Below are positions 42,401 to 60,637 of a DNA stretch of 64,000 nt, one piece after another. Location of the stretch: assembly GCF_009914755.1 (NCBI RefSeq), contig NC_060925.1. The stretch is one strand, 5' to 3'. The first letter of the stretch is position 1. Every line of letters starts with the position of its first letter. The DNA comes from the human T2T-CHM13v2.0 reference genome, Homo sapiens. Position numbers and translations under genes: made by a program. Below the pieces are notes generated by a model that was not told the DNA's origin, made no database searches, and worked only from the letters and a program-made list of their open reading frames with translations.

Positions 42401-45200
42401 TGTAATGGATGCCTAGCCCATTCCTTGGCCCAATGAGTACAAAGGCATGGGCAAGAAGAAAATGGCCAGACCATGAGAGGACTACGCGGAACTCAGGTTT
42501 CACTTAGGACAAGAAGGTGGAGGTGGCTTTGTGAGAAGAGTTGGTTGATACAGCACATTTTTTCGATGTGCAGCCTTGAGTCTTGAGGGCTTGTGGGGAG
42601 TTTAGGGTGCTGGAGAAGGATGGAAGATGGAGTCCCATTGGGGATTGTGCAGACCTATGGGGAAGGGAGGAATCCTGGTGATGGCAGGCAATTTGGGAGT
42701 CCTGAGCTTCTGCTGGTGACTGAGACAAACAGGCAGAGGGCATGACCAGTTAGTGCTGAGTGTCATCAAGGCAGAATGAGAGAGCAGGCTGTGAGTGCTG
42801 AGGAGGACCCAGGAGGATGAACAGAGTCCTGTCCACTCCCACCCCCACTCCCATTCCTCGCCACCTCCATTCCTACTGGCTGTGGCTGGATTGCTTTTAA
42901 AAGGTTCCAGTCAAGGACTGAGGAATCTTAAAATGTTAAGAATAGCATCAAGGATTGTCTCACATTATAGATGTGCCAGTAATACATTACATTGCTTTAT
43001 ATAATGTCATATATCTTGTCAAGTCATAGCATATCAAATAGTTCTCTATTCAACACTTACATTATCTGACATAGTTGTTTTTTAAAAATTATTTTGTCAT
43101 TAAACACTTTTCAGTCAAGGAATGTGAACAGTTCTTAGACATTTCTGCTGATTGTCTCCAAATCCTTTATAACTATTTTTTCAAATATTGAGGTTAATCT
43201 AATAGAAAAATATGCCAAAATTGTAAAGTAAGCTGTTGAAAACCAAAACAAAGCAAGAAACAAATCCTGACAACTGTCTAACAGCTGGTGCTGTGACTGG
43301 TGCTCCCTGAGTTGTGGACTGCACAATCCGGACAGCTCCAAGCAAAGGCCCCAAGGACCATGTGCAAAGTAACTATTATTTTACCAGTACTGCCCAACCA
43401 GAAAGAAAAAATACAGAAAAACAGTGGATGCAGAGACTAATTAATAATACTACAACTATCATCTGCATTTCATGAATTGAGTTTTGTATGTTCATCAAAA
43501 TAACCCAATTTTTCTTAATTAACTAATTGATATAAATTTTAATGTAAAAGATAAATTTAAATAAATAAATAAGCTCTTATCTGTTTTATGTATAGTGGTC
43601 TCAATGTAAGTTGCTATTAGACAAATGGTTGCAGTTGTTAAAGTATTTGAAGGCTCTCAGAGACTATTAGAGATTCCATGCTTTGTTAATAGGTGTTCTG
43701 TGAAAATAATAATTACAAGTGATAATTATCTTCACAAATGTTGTAAACAATATAAGCATCATTGTGATAAAAATAACACATACTAATTTTATTCTTAGCA
43801 TACAATCTGCATTTAAGAAAACAACATGCCTAATCAGAGAAGGCCAGAAAGTCACTGACAAATTATCTGACCTGGGAATACATCACCTGTAACTTGGGCA
43901 TGAATTCGCATGCAGAGTTTCTGGTTCATCCTTGCCTTGATGTATAGTGTCTAATGGAAGGGAAAAACTCATCAATGCAATTTATCTTATTTTTCAATAT
44001 CAGCATATACTTGAGATACTATTCAACGTTAGTAAATATGATTAACTTTACTACACACATGTATTCTGCTTTGATGTGTTACTGAGAAAATAAATTTGTG
44101 AGACCTTTGCATTTTTTTCTCAACCATAATACAAAGGGGCCGTTATCTGTATTTCTCGAACAAAGTTAAATGTATTATTTCATTATTAAATTTAAAATAT
44201 GACATATATTGTGTTCAAATAACTTTGGGAAATGTAGTTCTAGAGCAATGTTATTCAAGCCTCTATTAGTAAGCAATGTGTATACTTTTATTTATTAATG
44301 AATTATCTGCACATATTACTATATAAATTTTAAGTACAATATAACAGAAAACAAAAAAAGAAAATTTTAAAAGTTGGGACAATAATTAGAAATACTACTT
44401 TGAGTCATGGTGGACACCTTCCCGTGTCATGCAGAGTCTTCTTTGGGGACCAAAGTTGGCTTAAATGAAAACAGAGCAACAATTACTAGAGCTAAACCCT
44501 CTGCAGGGCTTGGGGCCAACAACATGGTTTGCATAGTATGAGGTGTTGTTACACACCAGACCACAAGAGGGCAATCGCGGGAAGACCACAGGATCCACGG
44601 GGAGATGAGGCCCTCCAATCTACAAGCCAGCAGTGTGGCTTGGAACACCTCTACGAGCCTCATCTTAGACATTTGAAAATGGAAACAACATCAACAAAGA
44701 CAAGAGACACTAAGTTGATCTATTTTGAAGGTTAAATAAGGTAATATATTTGAATTTTTTCCTAAGTTGTAAAGTACTGTATAAAATGTTTATTTTCAAT
44801 AAATTAGAAGACCGATGAATCTCTTGCCTAATAATCTTATTAATCTTATTGCCTATCGATTTCTTGGATTTTGCTTCATGTGTCTATGTTCACATTTCTT
44901 GCTACCTTTTGTTCTCTCTGGCATTTTCTTGGCTTATTTTTCTTTTCTGACCGTTTATCTTTCCTCCCTTTCTTTCTGTCTCTGTCCCGAATTGGTCCTA
45001 TGTAACTGCTCGCAAACTCTGTACCAGCACTCTTCGAGGAGCTTAATGTGTTCTATCTCATTTAATCCTCACACCGACTGCGTAGAAAAGTACTGTGTCC
45101 ATCCTCTTTTTATAGACCAAGAATCTGAAGTTAAGAAATGTGTTCAAAGACGCAGAGCTGGTAAATTATAGAACTAAGCTTTGAGTCTAAGTTATTCCAC

Positions 45201-45951
45201 TGTAGCAGCAAGTCAAATCAGGAGACAGAAGTGATGGAGTAAGTTAGACAGAGGGAATTTAATATAAGAATTAGTAACAATTAATAAAAGAAAGACTAAA
45301 CTATAAGACATAAGAAAAAAGCTCAGGGAGGGTACCCAAAGAAGGACAAAAGTAGAAGGGGCTCTTACCTATTGGGAAAAGTGCGGTTTAGCTACCAGTC
45401 AGCAGAGAAGTGCTCTGGCTTAGCTAGATGGGGTGGGTCTGGAGTTAAACCCTCCAATAGGGGGCAAACAATAGGTCACCTTCCCAATGCAGGGCAAGGC
45501 CGACATTGGGAACCATGTGGCTTGGATATGCAGTGGGAGTCCAGGCTTACCTTCAGAGTACATGGGCAGCAAGCAGGCTTGCAAAGGGGGCCGCAGCTCT
45601 GTGTGGACTGCCCCTCCCCCACCTCCATACAGCTGATATGGGCAGCTGAGGCCATGGAGGGGCTTTGGTTTCAGGATGAGAAGGCTGTGAAAAGGTCATC
45701 CTCACACCAAGGCTGCAAGGAGGCAGAGGGATCTCGTTCTGGGCCCTTGTGGCGGGCACCACCGGACTGCCACACACTCCCCACTACCTGCCTCTTCCAA
45801 CTGCAGTGTCCCTCCAGCGCCCCCTATGGAGAAAGTTTAGCATTGTTCTCACTTTAATGGAGAAAGGATTCGAGGGATTACATTGTTTGTCCCAGAGCAC
45901 AAATCGAAGGGTGTGTTTGGAGCTGAGAGATAATAAATTGGTAACTGACAC
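45201..45951. mobile_element. Ancient ERVL-type solo LTR (LTR33-like)
   Basis: CAGAGGGAATTTAATATAAG start motif and TTGGAGCTGAGAGATAATAAATTGGTAACTGACAC end motif, as recalled. Confidence 0.5.
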
Positions 45952-45962
45952 GCTGATTATCT

Positions 45963-46005
45963 CGCGCGCGCGCACACACACACACACACACACTCGCACA
46001 TACAC
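45963..46005 (+). repeat. (CG)n(CA)n alternating purine-pyrimidine microsatellite
   Basis: CGCGCGCGCGCACACACACACACACACACAC. Confidence 0.9.
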
Positions 46006-47229
46006 AGTACCATGGAGACTTTTGGAATTCATATGTAAGATAAATCAACTAAAGAGGAGTCATTGCTCATGCTTCAGGACTGTTACGGATGGCTGTGTTT
46101 TCCACCAGGAGGCAGCAAAGCCAAGCCTTCACCCAGACTGCAGCAGCGATGTGCAGTCAGGAATTACCTGAAGATTCTTATACTTATCACCTTGATGGGT
46201 ATTCTTATATTGATCACCTTGATCATGCCTGAGGAGAAAAAAGAGGACCACAGTTACCTCCAGGAATAGTTATTTCTAATTGAAGTTGGGATCCAAGATG
46301 TAGAGTGTAGTTAGGAAAAGGCTGTGATACTTCAACCTCTTGAAAGCAGAAGCATGGCAGGGAGGACCTACTCCCAGATCCCAAAGGAGGACAGTTTAGG
46401 GCTTAGTTGAAGCCCGCAGCTTTAATTTTGGTTCCAGTTCACCTGGTGGGACACAGGAAGTACTGCTGGTCACCTAGCTACTCTATTTCAGGCTTTTTAC
46501 AGACCACAAGAAGCTAATGCAAATTCAGAAATTATTTACAGATTGTTCAGAATATTGAGGACCCGAGATGGCCCTGTGCTTGTTCGGATCTTGGTGGCGA
46601 CTAGCCCCAGAGGTAAATAACTCACTAGATGGGCCCAGGGATGGCTCGAGAATATATGCACGACTTAGGGACAGCAATCAGAGCAGGCAAGGAGAGCAGC
46701 CAGGAGGCTTGCCTGAAAGCAAGCACCTTTGTTTTTCCTTAGATTATTCAGTGACAGTTCTGTAAAACAGCAAAGTTTGTTAGTCAGGTCAGTCTTCTTA
46801 CAATATTGAGAATGTTGCAATTGCCCATAATGAACACAAAGGTGCCTCAGCAGAGACACAATCTCTGATTTTAAATCCTTACCCTGAAGAGACAGCACCC
46901 GGGAAAACAAGTGTTCCTCAGGTCTAAGGCCCATGGGAAGGGACCGCGACAGATGTGGGAAGCAAGGTAGCACTTCTGGAAGCATTGGAGATGAATCATA
47001 TTCACTTCAGTGGGCAAAAGCCAAGCAGATGCAGGGACAACCAGACCATAAATGGAAGGAGGGTCTGAGTCTGACAAAGAGACAACGTGCACCCCTTTGT
47101 AGAAGTTCACTAAAACCTGACCAAGAGAAAGCTCAACTTCAGAGCCTTTCTGCTTTTATTGCCAGAGATAGCTCTAACTTTGCCAGTGCTACCCTTGCTA
47201 ATTCAGTTCCTAGAACTCTGTGGTGGAGA

Positions 47230-49039
<1,810 letters not shown>

Positions 49040-49419
49040 ATTAAAGGAGACCTGCAGGAAGCAGAGCCTCAAATGCTGGAACCCAGGAAGACAGCACCAT
49101 AAGGACTCGCTCCGCTCCGTTACTGGATGTAATCACATCATTACATTAGCAAATTCCTGCAAACTGGCCTCAACTTTTCTCACCATCAATTAACATAGCC
49201 CATGCAGCAAAGAAAGATGGTAATAGTCTTCCCCACTTTTGATAACAGAGGCAGAAAAACATAAGGAGGTAGGAGTGTGGCTGCCGCGGGACACATTCTG
49301 CTAGTTTGGATGATGCATTGAAAACAGCCTTAAAAAATGAGTTCCCCAATTTGGACAAGCAAGTTGGGAGTTATTGGCAGAAAAAGTTTGATTTAAGAAA
49401 AAAAGACCAACAATCACCA

Positions 49420-50600
49420 TTCATGCATTTAACTAATATTTTTGAGTATTTACTATGTATTAGGAACTATTCTGACTGAGAGCCTGAGATATATCAGTAA
49501 ACAACATTTGCCTTTTTGGCAATGACATTCTAATGAGAGAAGACAATACATAAAACTATAATAAATAAAAATTAGCTCATTTTAGTGCTATGAGATACTG
49601 GTCTTTATATTATACTTATATTATATTGTATGTGAAAAGTACTACCAAAGGAAAACAAAATAGGACTGTGTAAAGGTGACTGGAGTGAGGGCAAGTGTGG
49701 AAGATTGTCATTTTAATTAGGAAAATCAGTGTGTACCTCACCGAGAAATTGATATTTAAGCAAAGACTTGAAATACAAACAAAAGGCCCTTAGTGGCATG
49801 CTTGTGCATTCGTATGCATGTACACATGTGCACACACCTGGCCTGCTGCAGGAACAGCAAGGAGGTGAGTGTGGCTGCAGCAGAGCAAGTGACAGGAAGA
49901 ACAGTAGGAGATGAGGTCCAAGGTGTGTGTGGAGTTGGGGGTCAATAATGCAGGGCCTTGTGGGCTATTGCGAGGACTTCAATTTACCCAGCAAGGCATG
50001 GAAAGCCACTTCAGGTTTTTGAGCAGGAGAATTACATGATATGACTTATGTTTTAAAGTCCACCCCAACTGCTCTGCTGAAAACAGACAATAGAGGACCA
50101 AGAATAGAGCAGAGATACCAGTTAAAAGCTGATTAGAAAAGTCAGCAAGAAATCATGGTGTCTCAGAGTAGGTTGGCCACAGTTACAGATGGATTCATTT
50201 TGAAGTTAACAGAATTTACTGATATTAACTGAGTGTGAGTTATACAAGACAGAAGCCAAGGAGGACTCAAAAGTCTTTAGCTTGAGCAAATGGAAGAATA
50301 GAGTTAGCATCTTCTGGGCTGAGATGTCTAGGGGTAGAGGATGTTTTCAGGAAAATATCAATAGCTCAGTTGTGAGCACATTAAATATGAGATGTCTATT
50401 AGATATCCATGTGAGAATACTAAATAAATAAGCAGTTGAATATGAAAGTCTGAAGTTCCGGAGAGATTTCTCAGCTGTTATTAACAAAGTAGACACCATC
50501 ATCAATGACATATAGATGGCCTTCATGGTCAGGAGACTGAATGTTCTAACCAAGAAAATGAGTATTGATGGAGAAGAAAAGAGAACCAAGGACTCCAGCA
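49420..50600. mobile_element. Degenerate L2
   Basis: CATTCATGCATTTAAC...TGAGTATTTACTATG and GGTTTTTGAGCAGGAG motifs. Confidence 0.6.
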
Positions 50601-52874
50601 GGAAGTAGCCAGGCAGAAGAACAGGAACACAAAGAGTTCCAAGTTAATGTACTGGCTAAATTATTCTTCCATGTATTTATTTACTAAATGTGGATTTAGT
50701 ACCTAGGATGTTCCATACATTGTGTTGGAAATAGAATTTAAATGGTGAGCAGAAAGTATATCTATCCTCACCTTCTAGATAGCCTTCATTAGCTTAATTT
50801 TAACAAACTAATATGCATCATGGTTAAAAATTCAAATAGTTTGTGTGTATTTGATTCTTCTAGGAAAATATTTATGTATACTAACATATATGTTTATCTT
50901 ATTTTGTATATATCTCCGTATATACATTCTTTTTATAAGAAAAGGAATATACTAACATATTGTTTACTGGATTGCTTTCTTTGATTACATAGTTGGGAGA
51001 ATTTTTCATAGCATCATCTACAACTGGACTCTGTTTTTATTAGCTATATACTATCCTATTACATGATTGTAAAATGAAATCTCATTAACAGAATATGAAA
51101 ATACCTGTTTCTCAACATATTCATTAACAACTAATGTGATCAAAATTTCATATTTGTTGCCAGACTGTCATAGAAAAGCCAGTGTCTCATTGATCTTCTG
51201 GTTTGCATTCCTTTAGTTATGAATAAGCATTTCTTCATAGATTTGTTGGCCATTTCCACCTCTCTCTCTCACTCTACCTCTCTCTCCCTCTCCGTACTCT
51301 TCCTAGAAAGAACTTAATTCTTATAGATTAAGGCTTTGGTCCCAACTACAATGTTAGAGACTTTGGGAGATGTGAATGAGAGTAGACATTTTACTGAGAA
51401 TAAATTTTAGAGATAACTATAAGCATGAAGACCTGAAGAAGACAAGTAAAAGAGAAATACTTGAATAGGCTATTATAGAATGAAAAGCACAATTCACATA
51501 CTTCCCAAGAGTGCTACCCTTTGGCCGAGGTGGTTCTGTCCTGGACTTCAGACTTTAAAGAGTCCTTCTCTGGCTCTCCTCCAGCCATGACCCACCCCCA
51601 TAGGATGATTCAATAGGTCCAGGGTACAGGCCCAGAGCTGCTGTCTCCCTCACTCCAGCTATCCAGGACCCCAGAAATCTCTGTCAACTGGCCCTGAGAT
51701 CACCTTTATGTGTCTATCCTCTTGAAGACTCAAACAGCCAATACTGTGCTCACTTCTAGGTCTCAATGACCAAGAGAGGGGCAGTTTGAGAGATCCATGT
51801 ATGAAAAGAACATGGACGGTATGGACTAGGATATTTACACTCATGCACGCCCGAGGTCCCTCGTGACACAAGATGAAGCCAGGGAGTAGGAAGAGAACCA
51901 GGGGTGAACCACAGGGGTCAGAAGCCTCTGTTTGTGCTCTTGCCTGGTGTCCTACAAATGTTTATGGCAGGCATGCTTCCCAGAAGAACAGAATTTCCTA
52001 GTCACTGTCCTCAAAGAGGCCATGCTACAGGAAGAAAAGGAAAGAGTAAACATAATGAAATGCTTCTCTCTTATCATTATTTTAGTCAATTCACTATTCA
52101 ATTGATTCAGTTTCAGAATCTTTTATGTGCCAATTGCTCAGCCAGACACTGGGAATATCAAAGTGAATAAAATAGGGTCCTGGCCCCTAAGGCATCCCAG
52201 TTTCTCCCCTGTTTAAAACCTTTCAGTGGTTCCCATTGTCCTCAGGATAAAGTCCAAACTCTTTTTCTTATGGCATAAAGGTCCTCACCAACACAGCCTT
52301 ACCTACCTAGGTAGGTGAATCTCCCCCTTCTCCTTACTCCCCACTCTGCTCCAGCCACACTGAGCTTTTCCACCAAATAGCCTATACTTTCACATTTCTG
52401 GATCTGAAAATGTCCTCCCAGACACACCCCTATGTCCAACTTCCTATTTCCAATTTCCAAGTCTCAGCTTAAATATCACTCCCTCCAGGAAGCATATCTG
52501 ACCCCCAAACCTGACCCCTGTGCTTATCCTACCATCATTATTATCACATGGTATTGTTGGCTATTGACTTGCCTCCATATTGAATTAGATCTTTGAGAAT
52601 GGGAACTACATCCCATTGAGCTACACTTCACTTTTTAGGACAGAGCCTGGTAGATAGGAGACAATCAATACAGATTTGTGTTTTAGGTTATTGCATGCTT
52701 ATGGGTTAGCTAGGGAGCTTTCTTTTTATCTTTCAGGAAAGAAACCAAAGAGACAGACTCTCCAGCAGGCAGGGGGCGCCAGTGAGTGAGCTAGGCATAG
52801 AGTCTTGTGGAGAGAATTATGGTGTCATAGAGGCTTAGAATCTTGGCATTAGCAGGGAAGGGAACCCATCTGGT

Positions 52875-53001
52875 TCAGAAGGCTTTGGCTTCTGATAGTC
52901 ATGGACTCACTAGGCTGCTGAGGAAGATCAATAATACCTACTGGAATCAGTCATGAGAAGTCAAGCATGGAAATTGTGAATTGTGTGTGTGGCCAGACCA
53001 G
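52875..53001 (+). other. SMCP: SMCP non-coding exon 1 (start approximate), containing upstream ATGs at 52901, 52953 and 52967; intron 53002-59049
   Basis: Donor CAG|GTAACA at 53002; acceptor ttttctAG at 59048-59049; resembles the SMCP 5'UTR as recalled; no canonical TATA nearby. Confidence 0.75.
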
Positions 53002-53123
53002 GTAACACAGAGAAACCTTGTCTTTTGGGTCCTCTCTCCATGGCTTTTTCATGTGTTCATTAGTTCATTACGTATTTACCTACTGAGACCCATGCAATGC
53101 CATTCAGTGTGTTGGATGAGAGG

Positions 53124-55278
<2,155 letters not shown>

Positions 55279-55552
55279 AACTGGCAGAGATAGAGTCATG
55301 ACTGAATTAAAGCCAACATCCTAACCCAAGTCACTCTCCCCTTTTTAGGTGGGAACTGCCCTTGACCCAGTTCAGGCTGCAGCCATATAGCCAGGGACTT
55401 AGGATCATGAAAGGTTTATACCAGGTGGCAGGGCCTTAAGAGATAACTCTTCCCTCCCAATCTTCTCTCACCCTAATGCTCTAGTTCAGGAGATTCAAAC
55501 ATAGGGGTCCTTATAAGAGGTAGCACTGTGCTCCCCTCCTTCCCAGAGAAAG

Positions 55553-55648
55553 TCTCAGGATTTCTCTGTGGGAAGGAGGCCCCTGGCATATGGCCAAGCC
55601 TTCTCAGGCATATGCCAGGGGCCTCCTTCCCACAGAGAAACCCTGAGA
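55553..55648. repeat. Near-perfect palindrome: 40-bp stem (1 mismatch), 16-nt loop
   Basis: TCTCAGGATTTCTCTGTGGGAAGGAGGCCCCTGGCATATG ... CATATGCCAGGGGCCTCCTTCCCACAGAGAAACCCTGAGA. Confidence 0.95.
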
Positions 55649-56008
55649 TGAGGCTCCAATGGTTCAGAAAGTGAAAGTGAAGAGAGTCTGCGCTGGGGCT
55701 GGGTCCAACGTGTGAGTCTGAAAGTTACTGTTTCTAGTGGGTGGCGCTGTCGGCCACACCTGGCTCAATGGGACCCAGTTTGTACACTATGAACTGGATT
55801 TAGGTGAATCCCCAGATAAAAAAGGGTTGAGTCTAAGAGCATGTCACCCATCATTCAGGATAGCCACAGCCCTGGGTCTTCTATAAAGTCACAAGGGTGA
55901 TTCAGATAGCAAAGTAGGTCATCTAACAGGCGTCCTTTAGCAACCACCTGACTGGAGAATCCTGCACACCTTCAGGAGAGGATGATACAGATTTTTGTCC
56001 TACTGGGG

Positions 56009-56580
<572 letters not shown>

Positions 56581-56598
56581 TGGGGTAACCCCCAGAAA

Positions 56599-56915
<317 letters not shown>

Positions 56916-57389
56916 CTCCCCCAGAAAGACTTTAATGTGAGGAGAGATTTGTAGCTACTGTCCCCAGGAGTCCCTTTATCTACAGGACACAAAAGAAGAG
57001 GACAAGACAAGAGATGTGGCTTTCTAAACATCAGGGAGAGTGTTTGGAGCAGGGCTGTGGGGAAGCAGCCTGACAGCAGGTCAGGATAGGATAGAGGGCA
57101 AGTAGGGAGCACCCAGCAGGAGAGAGAAGGCCAGGACAGAGGCTGGCCCCTACTAGGAGCTATTCACACTGGCTCTAACTGTAAAGACTCATGAGAAAGT
57201 TCAAGCAATCTCAATTTGTTAAACAGCCATCATCACAAACCTCAAGTTCTTCTCTCCATGTACCTATAATTATGCATGGACACATGCCTACATGCACTTA
57301 GGTGCACACACACACACACACACACACACTCTCACAGAGATATGGGCATGTGTGTGCTTAGTGGAAAGCCCACAGCAGTAACTGGCTCA

Positions 57390-57829
<440 letters not shown>

Positions 57830-59069
57830 CTACCAGTGACAGGGCTCTGACAGGCCTGGCACCTCCCTGACATGGGTTTGTGGCTTTGTGAGCTGAGTCC
57901 ACAGAGGGGGTACAGGCTCATTTCCCGTGCTTCTACATTTCCTTGAGGAGGCTAGATAACAACCTGCTCACTGTCTGCTGTTTCCTGGCCACTTCTAGAC
58001 CCTCTATTCTGCTCTGGGACCACAACAGTGGCGTTCATCCTCTCATCATGTGCCATAGGAGGGACCAGGGCGGAAACCATTAGGGGCTTCTCCAGGGGCT
58101 GCATACCTGGGCTGAGGCCCAGGGACGTTCCCAGAAGAGCTTGGACTTCCTGGGAGGAGGAAGATGGGTAGATAGAAGTAAAGCAAGAGTTGTTTGGATT
58201 TTCTCTATACCTGGAAGAATCAGGAAATGATAAAACTGCTGAGTGGTTGAGTTTGAGGACACCTACCAGGTCCAGTTCCCCCTTCCTCACCCCCACCACT
58301 GCCCCTTTATAGAGGAAGAGGTACAAGCCCAGAGAGATGAAGAGAACTGCACAATCCCTTAGGCTTGGGAGTTGCAGAACCAGGCCTGGAACTCAAGTCC
58401 TGCCATGCCAAGAGCACTGTACTTTTCATTTCATCTTGCTGTAACCACCACAGTGCTCCGTGCATGGGACAAAATGATGCATTCAGGAAGCGTGTGACAG
58501 TTGGTCACTCTAAGTGCAAGAGTTTCATTGCACCTGGGTCCATGGGTGCCACATTAGAGACAAGAACAAGCACATGCTCTGGAGTGGGATAGAGCTTGGC
58601 TTGAATCACTTACAAGCAACTGAGGTGGATTTTTGAACTTCAGTGGTCCTCATATGAAGTGAAGTGGACTAAAAATGTCTACCTCAGGCTGGTAGCCGTT
58701 ATAACATTAGCTGATGTTTGTGAAGTGCCTGACACTTGACTCAGGATCTGGAGACTGAGGGTCAAACTGTTTGCTCATTAGCTAAGGGACCTTATTCACA
58801 TTGCTTACATATTCTGGTCTTTTGATTCTTTATCTGACAAATGACTACCTAGTAAGGAACAAACACACTGGCATATGCAAAGGTAGAATTATGGGGCTGG
58901 CTGGCCTCTCTGAGGGATCCAGCTCTGCTTTCTCAACCCTGGTCTGAGTCATTATCCTGAAGATGGATGTATTTGGGTGTCAAGAAAGGAGGAAATGAAA
59001 GCAGGCACCCAGATTTCCTTCTGATGAGAATATTATTTTCTTTTTCTAGTACCTCCAAGTGTTCAGAAG

Positions 59070-59420
59070 ATGTGTGACCAGACAAAACACAGTAAATGCT
59101 GCCCAGCAAAAGGCAATCAATGCTGCCCACCACAGCAGAACCAGTGCTGCCAGTCAAAAGGCAATCAATGCTGCCCACCAAAACAGAACCAGTGCTGCCA
59201 GCCAAAAGGCAGTCAATGCTGCCCACCAAAACACAATCACTGCTGCCAGCCAAAACCCCCATGCTGCATTCAGGCCAGGTGCTGTGGTTTGGAGACCAAG
59301 CCTGAAGTCTCACCCCTTAACATGGAGTCTGAGCCCAACTCACCGCAAACTCAGGACAAGGGCTGTCAAACCCAGCAGCAGCCCCATAGCCCACAAAATG
59401 AGTCCAGGCCAAGCAAATGA
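59070..59420 (+). CDS. SMCP: Sperm mitochondria-associated cysteine-rich protein (116 aa)
   Basis: MCDQTKHSKCCPAKGNQCCPPQQNQCC...QNESRPSK; NQCC-PP/QP repeats encoded by a ~48-nt tandem unit. Confidence 0.96.
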   Translation: MCDQTKHSKCCPAKGNQCCPPQQNQCCQSKGNQCCPPKQNQCCQPKGSQCCPPKHNHCCQPKPPCCIQARCCGLETKPEVSPLNMESEPNSPQTQDKGCQTQQQPHSPQNESRPSK

Positions 59421-59673
59421 GAGCAGAAGAAGTCAAACAAAGAAGAAGTCCCTGGGGCCATGCCTTTCACTTTGTAGGGTGGGGGATTACTGAGAGTCAG
59501 GCTAGACCTGTGTTTAGAGAAGCAGTTTTCACAGTGACTACCATTTCCACCCAATGAGAGGCTCCTATTTCCCATCATAGCTCCCTACCCTAGGGAGGCC
59601 TCCATCTGGAAATGGGAGGATGAAGAGGCTAGAATCATCTTTCCTAGTGATCCTGACATTTAGACAGCACAGA

Positions 59674-59689
59674 AATAAAGAGCAATAAA
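59674..59689 (+). terminator. Tandem SMCP polyadenylation signals (AATAAA 59674-59679 and 59684-59689)
   Basis: AGAAATAAAGAGCAATAAAA followed by T-rich sequence. Confidence 0.85.
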
Positions 59690-60637
59690 AAGAACATTGC
59701 CTCCGTTTGTTCCTTTACTTACTTGTGAAACCATCTCACCAGCCTGGCCTAGAGCCCAAGAAAATATTATGGGCATGTCCTGGAGGTCCAAGGAGCAAGA
59801 ACTAGCATCCTGAAGAACAAAACCTCTGCTGAGCTGGAGTGTAGTTGACTGACTCATCTTGGTTTTAAAATGAAAGTCCTGCATTCCAGGAACCCCTTCA
59901 GTCCTTATTAAAAAAAAAAAAGATTATTGGTCACTCAAAGTGCAAGAATCCTAATTCCTCTGGGTCCCTGGGTACCACATTGCACTCCAGACCAAGCAAA
60001 AATATGTAAGTCCCTTGGAGTGATTCCACCCCCGCATCCAGAAATTTTAGATGGAGGTAGAGTCCCCAGGACTCAGCAAAGCACAGTGGCTAGCGGCAAA
60101 GAGTGAAATCTTCCAGGATCATCACTGGCTCCTCAGTCACAGAGTAGCAATCTTAAAGCAAGTGGTTCAGTGTTTCTGACACTCTATTTCCTCGTGTGTA
60201 AAATGAAGACAATGGTACTTCCCTCAAAGATTTTTTTATGAGAATTAAAAGGGATAATTCATTTAAAGTGCCCGACATAGGGTCTGACACCGAGTGGCTA
60301 TTCAGTGTGCATAGTTTTCAAACTCCTCTCAGCCACAAGGCCCTATTTCCCTCTAAAGAAGACATCATTCTCCAATAATTTGTCCCCAAGCACACCCCCA
60401 CTAGTCCAGGTAGACAGGTAGAAATAGAGAAATCAGCCTCATTAAGCACACTTGTAAACTTCCATTTTTACTGCTTTTTGATGTGTAATTAACATATCAC
60501 TTTTAAAATTTTTCGAGTGCACTTCTGTACTCTCTCTCTCATACTTCTCCCTGTCCACCAATCCCCAGAAAACTACTGGTCTACTTTTGTCCCTTCAAAT
60601 TAGTGTTTTCAAGAATTTTATGTAATCACACAGTAGG

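Noticed and set aside
38950-44400. AT-rich stretches (about 38950-39770 and 42930-44400) that might be decayed hAT transposase remnants
   Set aside because: No TIRs or protein motifs I could pin down, so not reported as features
52901-52921. TGA in the SMCP leader as a selenocysteine codon
   Set aside because: The upstream ATG is out of frame with the CDS after splicing; the old selenoprotein interpretation of SMCP is considered incorrect
58258-58312. Minus-strand TATAAAG followed by CTG|GTAGGT (antisense promoter in the SMCP intron)
   Set aside because: Very short implied exon and no supporting downstream exon or ORF; compatible with chance
59059-59493. 144-aa alternative-frame ORF and minus-strand ORFs over SMCP
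   Set aside because: Non-ATG start; frames stay open because of the stop-free 48-nt tandem repeat
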